A stretch of DNA of 64,000 nucleotides from Callorhinchus milii (taxonomy: Eukaryota), in assembly GCF_018977255.1 (NCBI RefSeq), contig NW_024704742.1, forward strand, positions 21,764,001 to 21,828,000, given 5' to 3'. The first letter of the stretch is position 1. Each line of letters starts with the position of its first letter. The position numbers were made by a program, and so were the translations under genes. The notes beneath the pieces were generated by a model, which worked only from the letters and a program-made list of their open reading frames with translations, did not search any database and was not told the DNA's origin. Below are positions 55,047 to 64,000 of the stretch, one piece after another.

Positions 55047-56426
55047 TCATTGTTTTCTTATGCTAGGATTAGGTTTCCTGCTCTCTCTATACCCTTGCTT
55101 TCTAAAACCATTGTGTTTTCCGCTCTCATTTTCTACAGCTGCCTCATTCTCAAATTGTTGCACATCATTATCTTGCTCGTTCCCCAGGCCACGCTTGACA
55201 TCAAATCTATTGGGACCCATATGGTGCCTTTGGATTTGTAATCTCCCCTGTACATTTTCGTGTTTGCTTTCATCTCCATCAGCACTGGCTCCACGGGGCA
55301 GCCCTGACCTCTTTGTACCTCTCTGTGTGCCCCAAGTGTTCCTGTCTTTAGTATACAACTTGCTGTCTTGCCTCTTTGGGTCAGCTGTTCGATCCCTCCC
55401 GTTAGCATAGCTATTGTACGAGGAATAGGGTTTTCTCTGCCACTTTGCCCTATCAGATACATCCCTCTGCTTAGGAACATAGGTCATTTGATGATGCAAT
55501 GGCCTCTTAGGTGGGCAACCTTGTTTTGAGTCATCCCTATTTTCTCCCCACCCCTGATTATAAAAATAAATAGGTCTACCACCAGGTGCTGTGGTGGACA
55601 TCTCATTATGAACCTCAGAACGTCCACTCATCGAGGTCACTGCTGTAGTACATGGTACAGACTTGACCTTAGCTCCATCAGTGGTTTGAAAAGTCTGAGC
55701 ACTTTGGGATTCTGACTCATCGAGTGGGGCACCAGCGATTCCTGAATTTTCTCTGCAAGTGCCAGTTATTTTGGGGGACTCAACGTTCTCCCCGACTATA
55801 TCAGATCCTGGGAGACTTGCGTCAGGGACAAGGTTTTGCTCCTCCGACTGTAGCTGCTGAACACAAGGGTCCGATGAGCAGAATGTCGGGTCATTTTGAT
55901 AAGCCAGGTGTTCAGGGGAAACCTGGCATGGTAACCCACTACCCAATGCAGCCACGTACATGGGATGAATACTGAAAGGATGCACGTATGGGCTCCGGCC
56001 AAACAATGCCTGCGGTAGAGGTGTCCTCCAACCCACTGGTGGCTGATTACCATCTGAGCCCATGTGAGAAGGAAGGTGAGAGGGAAATGAAAGATGGAAG
56101 TTTTGATGCAAAGCCTCTAGGTTCAGAGCAGATTCATTTTTCTGAGCTAAATGTGACATCATTGGCTGTGCTGGTGACAAATGGTCTCTATTGATACTCT
56201 CTTCCAATTGAACAGACTGACTGGGATTGTGGGTCTCAGGAGGACTAGGGATCAGTGGTGGGGTTGCAGTATTAGCACTCTGGATGTAATCAACTGTTGC
56301 CTGGAGCCAAGGATTAATCGGAAGAACTGGCGCAGGACCTCTTGGGTACATCGCACAGGTTTTTGTGTAAGCCTGGTTCAGTGCGTACAGATAGGAATAC
56401 GGCGTCCACAAAGGGAAACTAAAAGC
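55047..56426 (-). CDS. OTUD4: OTUD4 last coding exon (low-complexity C-terminus)
   Basis: 1380 nt open frame beginning AFSFPLWTPYSYLYALNQAYTKTCAMYPRGPAPVLPINPW and containing GRPIYFYNQ, resembling the vertebrate OTUD4 C-terminus. Acceptor tttttattcccag; synteny with ABCE1. Confidence 0.92.
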   Translation of the reverse strand, partial: AFSFPLWTPYSYLYALNQAYTKTCAMYPRGPAPVLPINPWLQATVDYIQSANTATPPLIPSPPETHNPSQSVQLEESINRDHLSPAQPMMSHLAQKNESALNLEALHQNFHLSFPSHLPSHMGSDGNQPPVGWRTPLPQALFGRSPYVHPFSIHPMYVAALGSGLPCQVSPEHLAYQNDPTFCSSDPCVQQLQSEEQNLVPDASLPGSDIVGENVESPKITGTCRENSGIAGAPLDESESQSAQTFQTTDGAKVKSVPCTTAVTSMSGRSEVHNEMSTTAPGGRPIYFYNQGWGENRDDSKQGCPPKRPLHHQMTYVPKQRDVSDRAKWQRKPYSSYNSYANGRDRTADPKRQDSKLYTKDRNTWGTQRGTKRSGLPRGASADGDESKHENVQGRLQIQRHHMGPNRFDVKRGLGNEQDNDVQQFENEAAVENESGKHNGFRKQGYRESRKPNPSIRKQ

Positions 56427-56967
56427 CTGGGAATAAAAACAAATATACATTAAAATATGAAATTATGAATGTTTGAAAACACCATTACAGTTATTTGCTA
56501 TTAGTACAAGTGGAACCAAAACAAACCTCTACAGGACACAATAATATGTGCAGAGAACAATATTACGTCAGATCGTGTTCCTGTTCATGACCCAATATTG
56601 TTGAAAAAAAAACCTCAACTTTATAAACACCTTCATGATGGGTTTTTCATCAAAACAACAGAGGAAGATCAGGAAACTGATTAACAGTGGGCATCTCCAA
56701 TGGAGAAACTAGAATTGAAGGCTAAACGCTCTTTCTCTGCTGTAATTTTTACGATTCATAGGTTTCACTCAGGGCCTCACAAATCTTTAAAGTAGCTCGC
56801 TCCAGGTCGAGATGTAATCAAGTTAATGAGCCAACCCATTGAGTCACTCGGTGTAACTGACCCGAGAGACAGAGTTTGCTGACAGTGAGAAATATTGATA
56901 TTGGTTCAATATCAAATTTTCCTTTTTTTTAAAAAAAAAGAAAATCCACCTCCGAAGGAGTATATAA

Positions 56968-57004
56968 ATCACTTCTCGGCCTTTTAGCTAAAATCAAGAG
57001 GAGT
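56968..57004 (+). pseudogene. 3'-truncated U2 snRNA fragment (about nt 1-31/37)
   Basis: atcacttctcggccttttagctaaaatcaagaggagt versus the U2 5' end ATCGCTTCTCGGCCTTTTGGCTAAGATCAAGTGTAGT. Confidence 0.85.
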
Positions 57005-57269
57005 TTCAACCGCGTTTGTTACAGATGTTGATTTATATTGAGATAGTCATAGGCTATGATTTATGACCTGCACTGCCCTTTGGTGAGTTGAGCTGCTGTA
57101 TTTTGTGATAATGTATCTTTCAGGGGTTTTTGGATTCAGTTTGCGAAGCTGGGTTAAGACACTGTTCATTTTTCAAATATAAAGGTGTTCTAGGTATGTG
57201 CAAAAAATGTAAAGTCAATTTGTTTCAAAATGGGTAAATGTATTATCTAGTATTGTAATGAATCACAGA

Positions 57270-57415
57270 TCAGGATTCAATTTCAGATGTAATCCATGGT
57301 GTATGCCGAATCGTCTGGGAGTACTACTGTTGGGGCTACAATGAGCCTCAGTGTCCCAGGCTAAGAGAGGGGGACAGAAAGGGTTTCAAAAAGAAGTCAG
57401 GATTCTCCCTTTTGA
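57270..57415 (+). mobile_element. Degenerate LF-SINE-like fragment
   Basis: ggggctacaatgagcctcagtgtcccaggctaagagaggggg resembles the LF-SINE core as I recall it. A weaker second candidate lies at ~22990-23140. Confidence 0.5.
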
Positions 57416-57998
57416 TAAATGCAATAGGCGAGGATAAAATGGGTCCAATTGTTCATTAATCATCTTATTGTTCAGGGCTCAAAGATAATGGACACAGGCC
57501 TCAATCAATACCTGGGGACCTGTATTGTTAGCACAAGTGACTTGAAAGCAAGCTTCAGGATGGGGGGTTGGTGGAGAGATAAACGATGAGAGAGATGAGG
57601 AGCAAACAAAAATGAAATAAACATTTGTCCAGTTGTAGGAGTCACGGAAAGAGCAACAATGCAGTTGTTCAAAGATAAACATAAAAACAGTAGTTGGAAG
57701 TAAAGGTCCTGTCTGGTCACAAAATAATAACTATATTTCTAATCGTTCTATTTGATAGAACACCTCATCACCTTGTTGAAATGACTCAAAGCACTTCACA
57801 GGATTTTACTATAAAGTGTAGTGACTGTGTATTTAAAACTGCTAAGTGAACAAAAATAACTTTAAAAAATAAATCTGAACATTGAGGATTATATATGAAT
57901 CTTTGTCTGCAGTAAAGCAGGAAAACAAATACGTTTCCTGGTGGTAATGAACTTATAATATTTTGATTGAAAAAATTTGACAAGACAAACTGACCTAC

Positions 57999-58039
57999 CT
58001 TTACACCAAGGTTGTAGAAAAAGCGAAGGATGCTTTTAT
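57999..58039 (-). CDS. OTUD4: OTUD4 penultimate coding exon
   Basis: (D)KSILRFFYNLGVK, the conserved OTUD4/ALG13 LRFF-NLG motif; 41 nt, phases 1 and 0. Confidence 0.93.
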
Positions 58040-58394
58040 CTGTTTGAGGAAATAAGAGAGGGTTAGAAGATATGATTTCCTCTAAAGCCTTAAGAACACA
58101 TCAAATTTTATTGCATCATGGCAATTCTCAGTACAATTTACACAGCCCTTAAAGCACAGATATGGTTCATCATGCTTCGGAATAACGTTTGCCTATAAAA
58201 TACACAGTAAATCAGGGTTTCTGTTAACCCTGTGAAGTGCTTTGAGACTTCCTCCTGACGTGAAAGGCGCTATTCAATTTAAGTGTTATTATTATCTAAA
58301 TCATATTTCAAACAGAAGCACATGTTCCTCCCCCTAGGTCCTGGCACCTCTCACCACAAATGGCCTAAAAATTTATCAAAAAATGAGTTCTTAC

Positions 58395-58667
58395 CTTCTG
58401 GAAGATCTCGCCCACTTTTGTCATATGAATAAGCTGGGGATGTGTTGAGATATTCTCCCTTTTCATTCACAGGGAACCCAGGATACAAGAGATCCTGGTA
58501 AGGGTTTGGAATCTGAGGAACGTGCACAGCCGGAAGATTGCCAGGGGGCAAAGGAACACAAAGTGGGGTGACCGCAGGTGACATGACCTGAGCAGTGTGT
58601 GACGCAGGCGGGCTGCAGGTCACAGGTGATGGAGTTTCAGGTGGAATAGCCATCTCTGGTGGAGTAC
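58395..58667 (-). CDS. OTUD4: OTUD4 coding exon
   Basis: (G)TPPEMAIPPETPSP...PYQDLLYPGFPVNEKGEYLNTSPAYSYDKSGRDLPE; 273 nt, phase 1 at both ends; acceptor tctctctttgatcgacag. Confidence 0.9.
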
Positions 58668-59379
58668 CTGTCGATCAAAGAGAGACAATAGTTTGCAGAT
58701 TTCCCCAGTGAAAACATCAAATGACCCCTGTAGACAACGAGGGTCAAATATGCAGTCTGAATGAAGAGATTCCTTAATAACCAATCTGAATTACCCTGAT
58801 GCAATGGGGATAAACCGCACTCTCCCTCAACCAATATCCTCAGACACCATTCTCAATCCCTACATCCTGAAGCCACATCGTCCATTTGACACTTATAAAT
58901 CGTTAATCTTTTTTTGAAAGCTCAGTCCACACCCCAGTCAATGAATTCCTCTCAGGTTACTGGAATTTGGTATATGATAAGACCTGCAGTAAAGAGTTTG
59001 CTTTGCTACAATTAAGGAATCAGGAAAACAATTTGGACAGATGTACACGTTATCACACCGTTTGCAGAGATAACATACAAAAAAAACACAAAGGTTTGCA
59101 AATGTAAAAGAGCAGCTGCATTACAGAGCAAAAATAAATGTCAGAGCCTCTCATGTTTTGTCGCTCTCTTTCCGAGATGCAAAAGCAGTATAATAGGCCT
59201 TTAAAACTTTTAACACTCGTGCTTTACTGAGGTGAAACATGATCTGATCTCTCCTGCCACCACAAATAAGGTTACAACTTTGCAGCTCACTCCTGGGTAT
59301 CCTTTATTTGAATATATAAACTGTAGAAGTGTGAATAATTATCAAGGCAATTAGTCCAAGTCAGATTTGATTACATTAC

Positions 59380-59583
59380 CTGCTGGTTGGCAAGCGATCG
59401 ACCCGGATGGTAATGGGGCACAGCAGCGGGTATAGAAGGCACTGATGGAGTCACTGGGGCTGCTGTATGACAAGGCTGTGGCTCTCTCGGGTATGATGGT
59501 GGGATAAGCTCTGTGCCTGAGGTCACAGGGGTCGGGGGCACCTCTGACGCATTCTTGAAGGGTTTTGCAAGTTCTTTATGAAC
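59380..59583 (-). CDS. OTUD4: OTUD4 coding exon with an apparent 1-nt frameshift near 59415-59418
   Basis: VHKELAKPFKNASEVPPTPVTSG...PVTPSVPSIPAAVP. Good acceptor and donor (CAG|GTAATG), but the 204-nt length leaves it out of phase with the next exon (see findings). Confidence 0.75.
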
Positions 59584-60545
59584 CTGGTACAACAGCATAT
59601 AATGAATTATATTTCTCAAGTCAAAATCCCGCTGCAAGAATTGTACCGGGCCAATATCTCTCCGAACAACTTAACCTCGCTGGAACATTTATAGCTTTGT
59701 CACACCAAGGTATCATTCTAATACGCATCCAATCCCATTTCCAATGTTGTATCGTGATGCAAAAAAGATGCATTGTAAGGTTTAATAATATGCACTAAAA
59801 TAATGGCTTCAAATAGTTGAGAAAAACTATCTATTGCATTGTGACTGTTAATAGTAAGAGCAAAGATTTATAAAGAATGAACAGCATGGAAACAGGCCAC
59901 TCAGCCTAACCAGTCAGTGATCATATTTACACTTCCCACGAGTGTTCACCCATTTCTTACTCTATCCCACACCCTTCTATTCCCCTTTTCCTCATGTGAA
60001 GGTCCCGCTTCCACTTGAATGCATCCAGATTATCTGAATTACCACTTCAGGCAGCGAGTTTCCCAAGCTCATTACACTCTACTTGAAGTAGTTCCTCCTA
60101 AATTCTCTTTTACAGTATATCCTGTGAAGCGCTTTGAGACATCTCAACAACATGCTATATCAAATGCAAGGATTATTATTATTTTAGATTCCCTATTCTC
60201 TATCTTATACTGATGTCCCCTGGTTATGGACTATCCAAAACAAGTGAAAACAAGTTTATTTATGTCAATCTTATCAATCCCTTTTATAATTTTAAAAACC
60301 TCTATTAGGTTCCCCCTTAAACGTCTCTAACAAAAAAAATCTAACCTCTCCAGTCTCTCCTGATAGCAGTAACCTGCCATCCCTGGGATCATCTTCGTAG
60401 GCCTACACTAAATTTTTTCCATCAATGCTGTATCCTCACCCCAATGTAAACCACTCGGGTCTCGGTCCTTCAACACCCAGCGGGACACTGTGCCAGTCCC
60501 TCCTGCCAGCCATTCCATCCATCCTTCGGATGAGACATTAAACCA

Positions 60546-60926
60546 TGGCATCCTATAGCTCAGTGGTTAGCGCACTCGACTCACAAGCGAGAGGACCTGG
60601 GTTAGATTCCCAGGCAGGGCGAAACGTTGGGTAAGTTTCCTTACTCCACACACATCTGTTTACCAAGCAGTAAGTAGGAACCCAGTTGTTAGTCGATTGG
60701 TAGATCACTTTTTCGGGGGTAATAATCCCTTCAAAATAAATGATTAAAATATAATAATAATTTGGTAACTAAATCCACGACTGTTGGTGGGACACTGCTG
60801 TTAGCAACTGGCTGCCGCATTTCACCCACAAAACAGTCACCCACGTTACAGTATATGTTGTGAAGCACATTAAGACATCTCGAAGATGTGATAACGCGCT
60901 GTATATCAAATGTAAGCATTATTATC
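60546..60926 (+). mobile_element. Full-length SINE (longer subfamily)
   Basis: tcctatagctcagtggttagcgcactcg head, central segment, core and tail. Confidence 0.88.
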
Positions 60927-61357
60927 CTTCTTATAGTGTGGAAACCCAAATTGGTCACAATACTCCAAACGTGGTCTAACCAAGGTTTGGTATAAATTCA
61001 TCATTACTTCCTCACTTTTAAATTCTATCCCTCGCATTTAAAGCTCAAGACCCCATTGGCCTTTTTTTCTCTTTTTTTAAAAACACTTTTCTCAAATTCA
61101 CATAATAAACTCCTGTGTATTTTTCCGATACAATCGTAGTCTATGCCCAAGGTTCCCTCCAAGGACGTCACATGGGGGAGGAATGTCCACCCAACCCAGC
61201 CTGCTCTGCACAGACATTACTATCTACATTTTATCTATCGCCAACCTTGAAAAAAATTTACCACTGGCATATTTTCCTAGCTTCTCTCCAGGAAATAATA
61301 GTCGTTAAAAAAACAACTATAGTTTCTGTACCAATGGATCCCAGAAACCCATCTTAC

Positions 61358-61413
61358 CACATTTGAGAAAGCTTCAGAGTTCAGCTCTTGTCCAAGGGGC
61401 TGTGTAACTGATT
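61358..61413 (-). CDS. OTUD4: OTUD4 coding exon
   Basis: (E)SVTQPLGQELNSEAFSNV; acceptor tttttttccgcag, donor GTAAGA; 56 nt, phases 1 and 0 fit both neighbours. Confidence 0.7.
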
Positions 61414-61932
61414 CTGCGGAAAAAAATTACACGGTTGATATAGAAACAATATGCATTGTCTGCGATTAGGAATAATTTCTCGGGAGTGCCACACAATAGG
61501 GTTAGACACCGAGAGAGGGAGGGGGGAAGTGACAATAGACACAGTCAAAGAGGTAAGTCTTTAAGGATTTTAAGTGAAATGCCACATTATGTAAAGTAAG
61601 AAAAATGCACAGCACAATTTCACAGACATAAACATTGGAGACCAGGGTCAGGTGAATCTGCCTGCGACACATCCAGGAAACATTCAGCACGTTACAAATT
61701 TATAACTTTTAACTGGACAGTAGAGCCCTGTGTCAGATTCTCTCCACTTTCACTGATGGTAACTTGACTAAGGGTCACCTTTCAGCTCTAAAGTATGCTA
61801 ATTAACCAGAGGTAAAATCGTGACTTTTCAAAATAGGATGCAAACTTGAAATGTTTCAGTTATAATTCATTCACCTCAAGCCTAGACTTCAAAGGTTAAC
61901 GTGAAACATTCCACTGACAAAATCAGACTAAC

Positions 61933-62047
61933 CAGAATTCTTCTGTGCTTTTGTTTCTGCCTGATTCTCTCCCGGTCTCACTTTGGCCTGGATATTTGCT
62001 TTTTTGCCGCTATTCGTGCTGGCACGGGTCTGAAAACTCCAATGGCT
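61933..62047 (-). CDS. OTUD4: OTUD4 coding exon (most 5' exon found; the gene continues past the window end)
   Basis: SHWSFQTRASTNSGKKANIQAKVRPGENQAETKAQKNS; acceptor cccctttatctcttctag, donor GTTAGT; 115 nt, phases 0 and 1. Confidence 0.65.
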
Positions 62048-62225
62048 CTAGAAGAGATAAAGGGGAGCCGAGGTCTGAGCAAGTATATTTTGTTCAAAGT
62101 ATTCCAATCGGAGAGAGACAAAACCCAAACACTGCTGTAACAGAATATTTCTGCTGAACTGCAGAAGCTTCTTGTTAACACAGCACCTGGGACCTGGTTT
62201 TCATTGCACCAGGCTGACCAGATAC

Positions 62226-62243
62226 TACACACACACACACACA
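62226..62243. repeat. (CA)n microsatellite
   Basis: Read directly from the sequence. Confidence 0.85.
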
Positions 62244-64000
62244 GATACTGAACCTGTTCAAGGTCAACAGCAGTCCATTAACTCCCAGGTTGGTCTAAAG
62301 CTTCACCCTGGTTAAACATCGCACACCAGGCTTCCGTAGCTCCTACCCATAACATAGGTCACCAGAGCAGCCGAGTGCAGAAGGAGGTGTGTCTCAGGAT
62401 TGTGCTTTAATGGTGTTATTTCAACGTACGAGGAGATGTTTCAAAACTAAGATCACTGGAAAATCTCCATTTCTAGTGGGAATAAAAAAGCACGCCCTCT
62501 GCAATTCACCTCTAACATTTCATTGAATCCTGTCAGTGGATTGTTTAATTTGCAGTAGATGAACAGAATAATACACCTGTTTTAAGCAAAGGAAAGGCAA
62601 TGCAACACACCACCACCATAATGAACTCCTCATCTACGATTCCTTTAATATGTATTACAACAGACAACAGTCCAGCTCTTTTGAAACCCTGATACTGCAG
62701 GAAGATAGTAAAAGATTCATATTGTTTTACAATTAATGATAATTATAATTTATGATTCACTTTTTTTGGGGGGGGAAGGAGGCAGAGATAAGTCATCAGA
62801 AAGCAAATCAGATTTGCTGCCAAAATAAGATGATTTGCAACAATCACAAAAGTGAGCTGAAGTTCACAATGAAATTCAAACTCTTCACCCGTCCAGGCAT
62901 GACCAGACTGCAGAGGATTCTTATTGATGTGCAAACCCACAACCTGTACCTTTCATTCAGCCACACATTTGTTTGGGAGGCGAGCAGCTCATACAGGTAC
63001 TAATGGCCTAGGTATATTAGGATCACCGACCCAGTTAAAGGCACTATCCTGAAGTAGGAACACGAGCCAGAAAACTGGGTTACACCGTTAAGAGTGATAT
63101 GGTAAGGAAACCAGCCATTCAGCCCAACAAGATGAGTCTGTGTTTATATTCACATGAGCCTCTATTCCTCCAATTCACCTCTCCTACACCCCTCTATTCC
63201 CTTCTCTCTCGTACAAGCATCATGTTTTTTCTTATATTCAATTATGTTGTATATAAGATATATGTATATAAATTTGACCGAACCTTCGGCCACCCTCCTA
63301 GCCTCCCTGCCCTCCACCCTCCCTGATCCCAAACCCCAGTTCGGGTACAAATCCAACTGTCCAGCGCCTTGGGACGACCTCCCAACATGAAAGGCGCTAC
63401 TACGCAAATTTAATTTTGTATATTAATTGCTTCAACCATAGTTTCGAGCTGTGAGTTCCACGTTCTCACCACCCTCTGCGTGAAGAAGTTTCTCCTGAAC
63501 TCCCTGTTAGATAATAATAATCCTTGCATTTCGAATAGCGCCTTATGTCTTTGAGACATCTAAGCCCTTCACAGAATATACTGCAAAATGAATTGACTGC
63601 ACATTTTGTGGGCGAAAAGATCCACTACTAGCTGTTATATATTGACACCCTGGGGCCTGGTCAGGATTCGAGTGCAATATGGAGTTCTGCGCACTCACAT
63701 CTACACAAATGCATGGAGTTCAACCAAACAAATCCAACCAGAAGCCCAAAATACCTCACGATTTCAGCCTCAAGATCAATGTCTTCAAATGTAATATCAG
63801 GTGGCTATTCTGGATCATTCTTAAATTCAATCTTAATTTGAAAGCCGGTTTTCCAGTTATTAAAAAGAGAAACTCATTCAATTTCTTTTTTGAAGCAGAC
63901 AACAGTTCAAAGCATTTCAAAGCAGCCCAGTTTGTGGTAGAGGATTTGTTTTTGTGACTGAAGTTCAAAAACAGCTCATAAAGGGATTATTTCACAGGGT

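Noticed and set aside
62500..64000. Search for further upstream OTUD4 exons
   Set aside because: No segment had both credible splice sites and OTUD4-like translation. The remaining exons, including the OTU domain, are probably beyond the window.

Overview
This is vertebrate genomic DNA, not prokaryotic. The repeat content (young L2 LINEs, CR1 fragments, a tRNA-headed Deu-domain SINE) suggests a cartilaginous fish, probably a chimaera; this is an inference. The window holds three spliced genes in the conserved vertebrate order. ANAPC10 (- strand) is complete: 4 coding exons, 558 nt, 185 aa. ABCE1 (+ strand) is complete: 17 coding exons, 1800 nt, 599 aa. It lies head-to-head with ANAPC10 across a CpG island at about 26.6-28.7 kb. 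The 3' part of OTUD4 (- strand) has 6 coding exons and a roughly 4.2 kb 3'UTR, tail-to-tail with ABCE1. Introns are rich in L2, CR1 and SINE copies. I found no CRISPR array, rRNA, true tRNA gene or clearly new multi-gene system. The most notable observations are: (1) an apparent 1-nt frameshift in an OTUD4 exon; (2) an obligatory GC-AG intron inside the second Walker A motif of ABCE1; (3) an ~85-bp palindrome with ZNF143/NRF1-like motifs that appears only after removing a nested L2+SINE insertion at its target-site duplication; (4) a 3'-truncated U2 snRNA copy in an OTUD4 intron; (5) a ~175-bp local inverted duplication in ANAPC10; (6) a young SINE subfamily whose tail loop matches the local L2 tail. 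Exon coordinates were read by hand from splice sites and frame; repeat boundaries are approximate.
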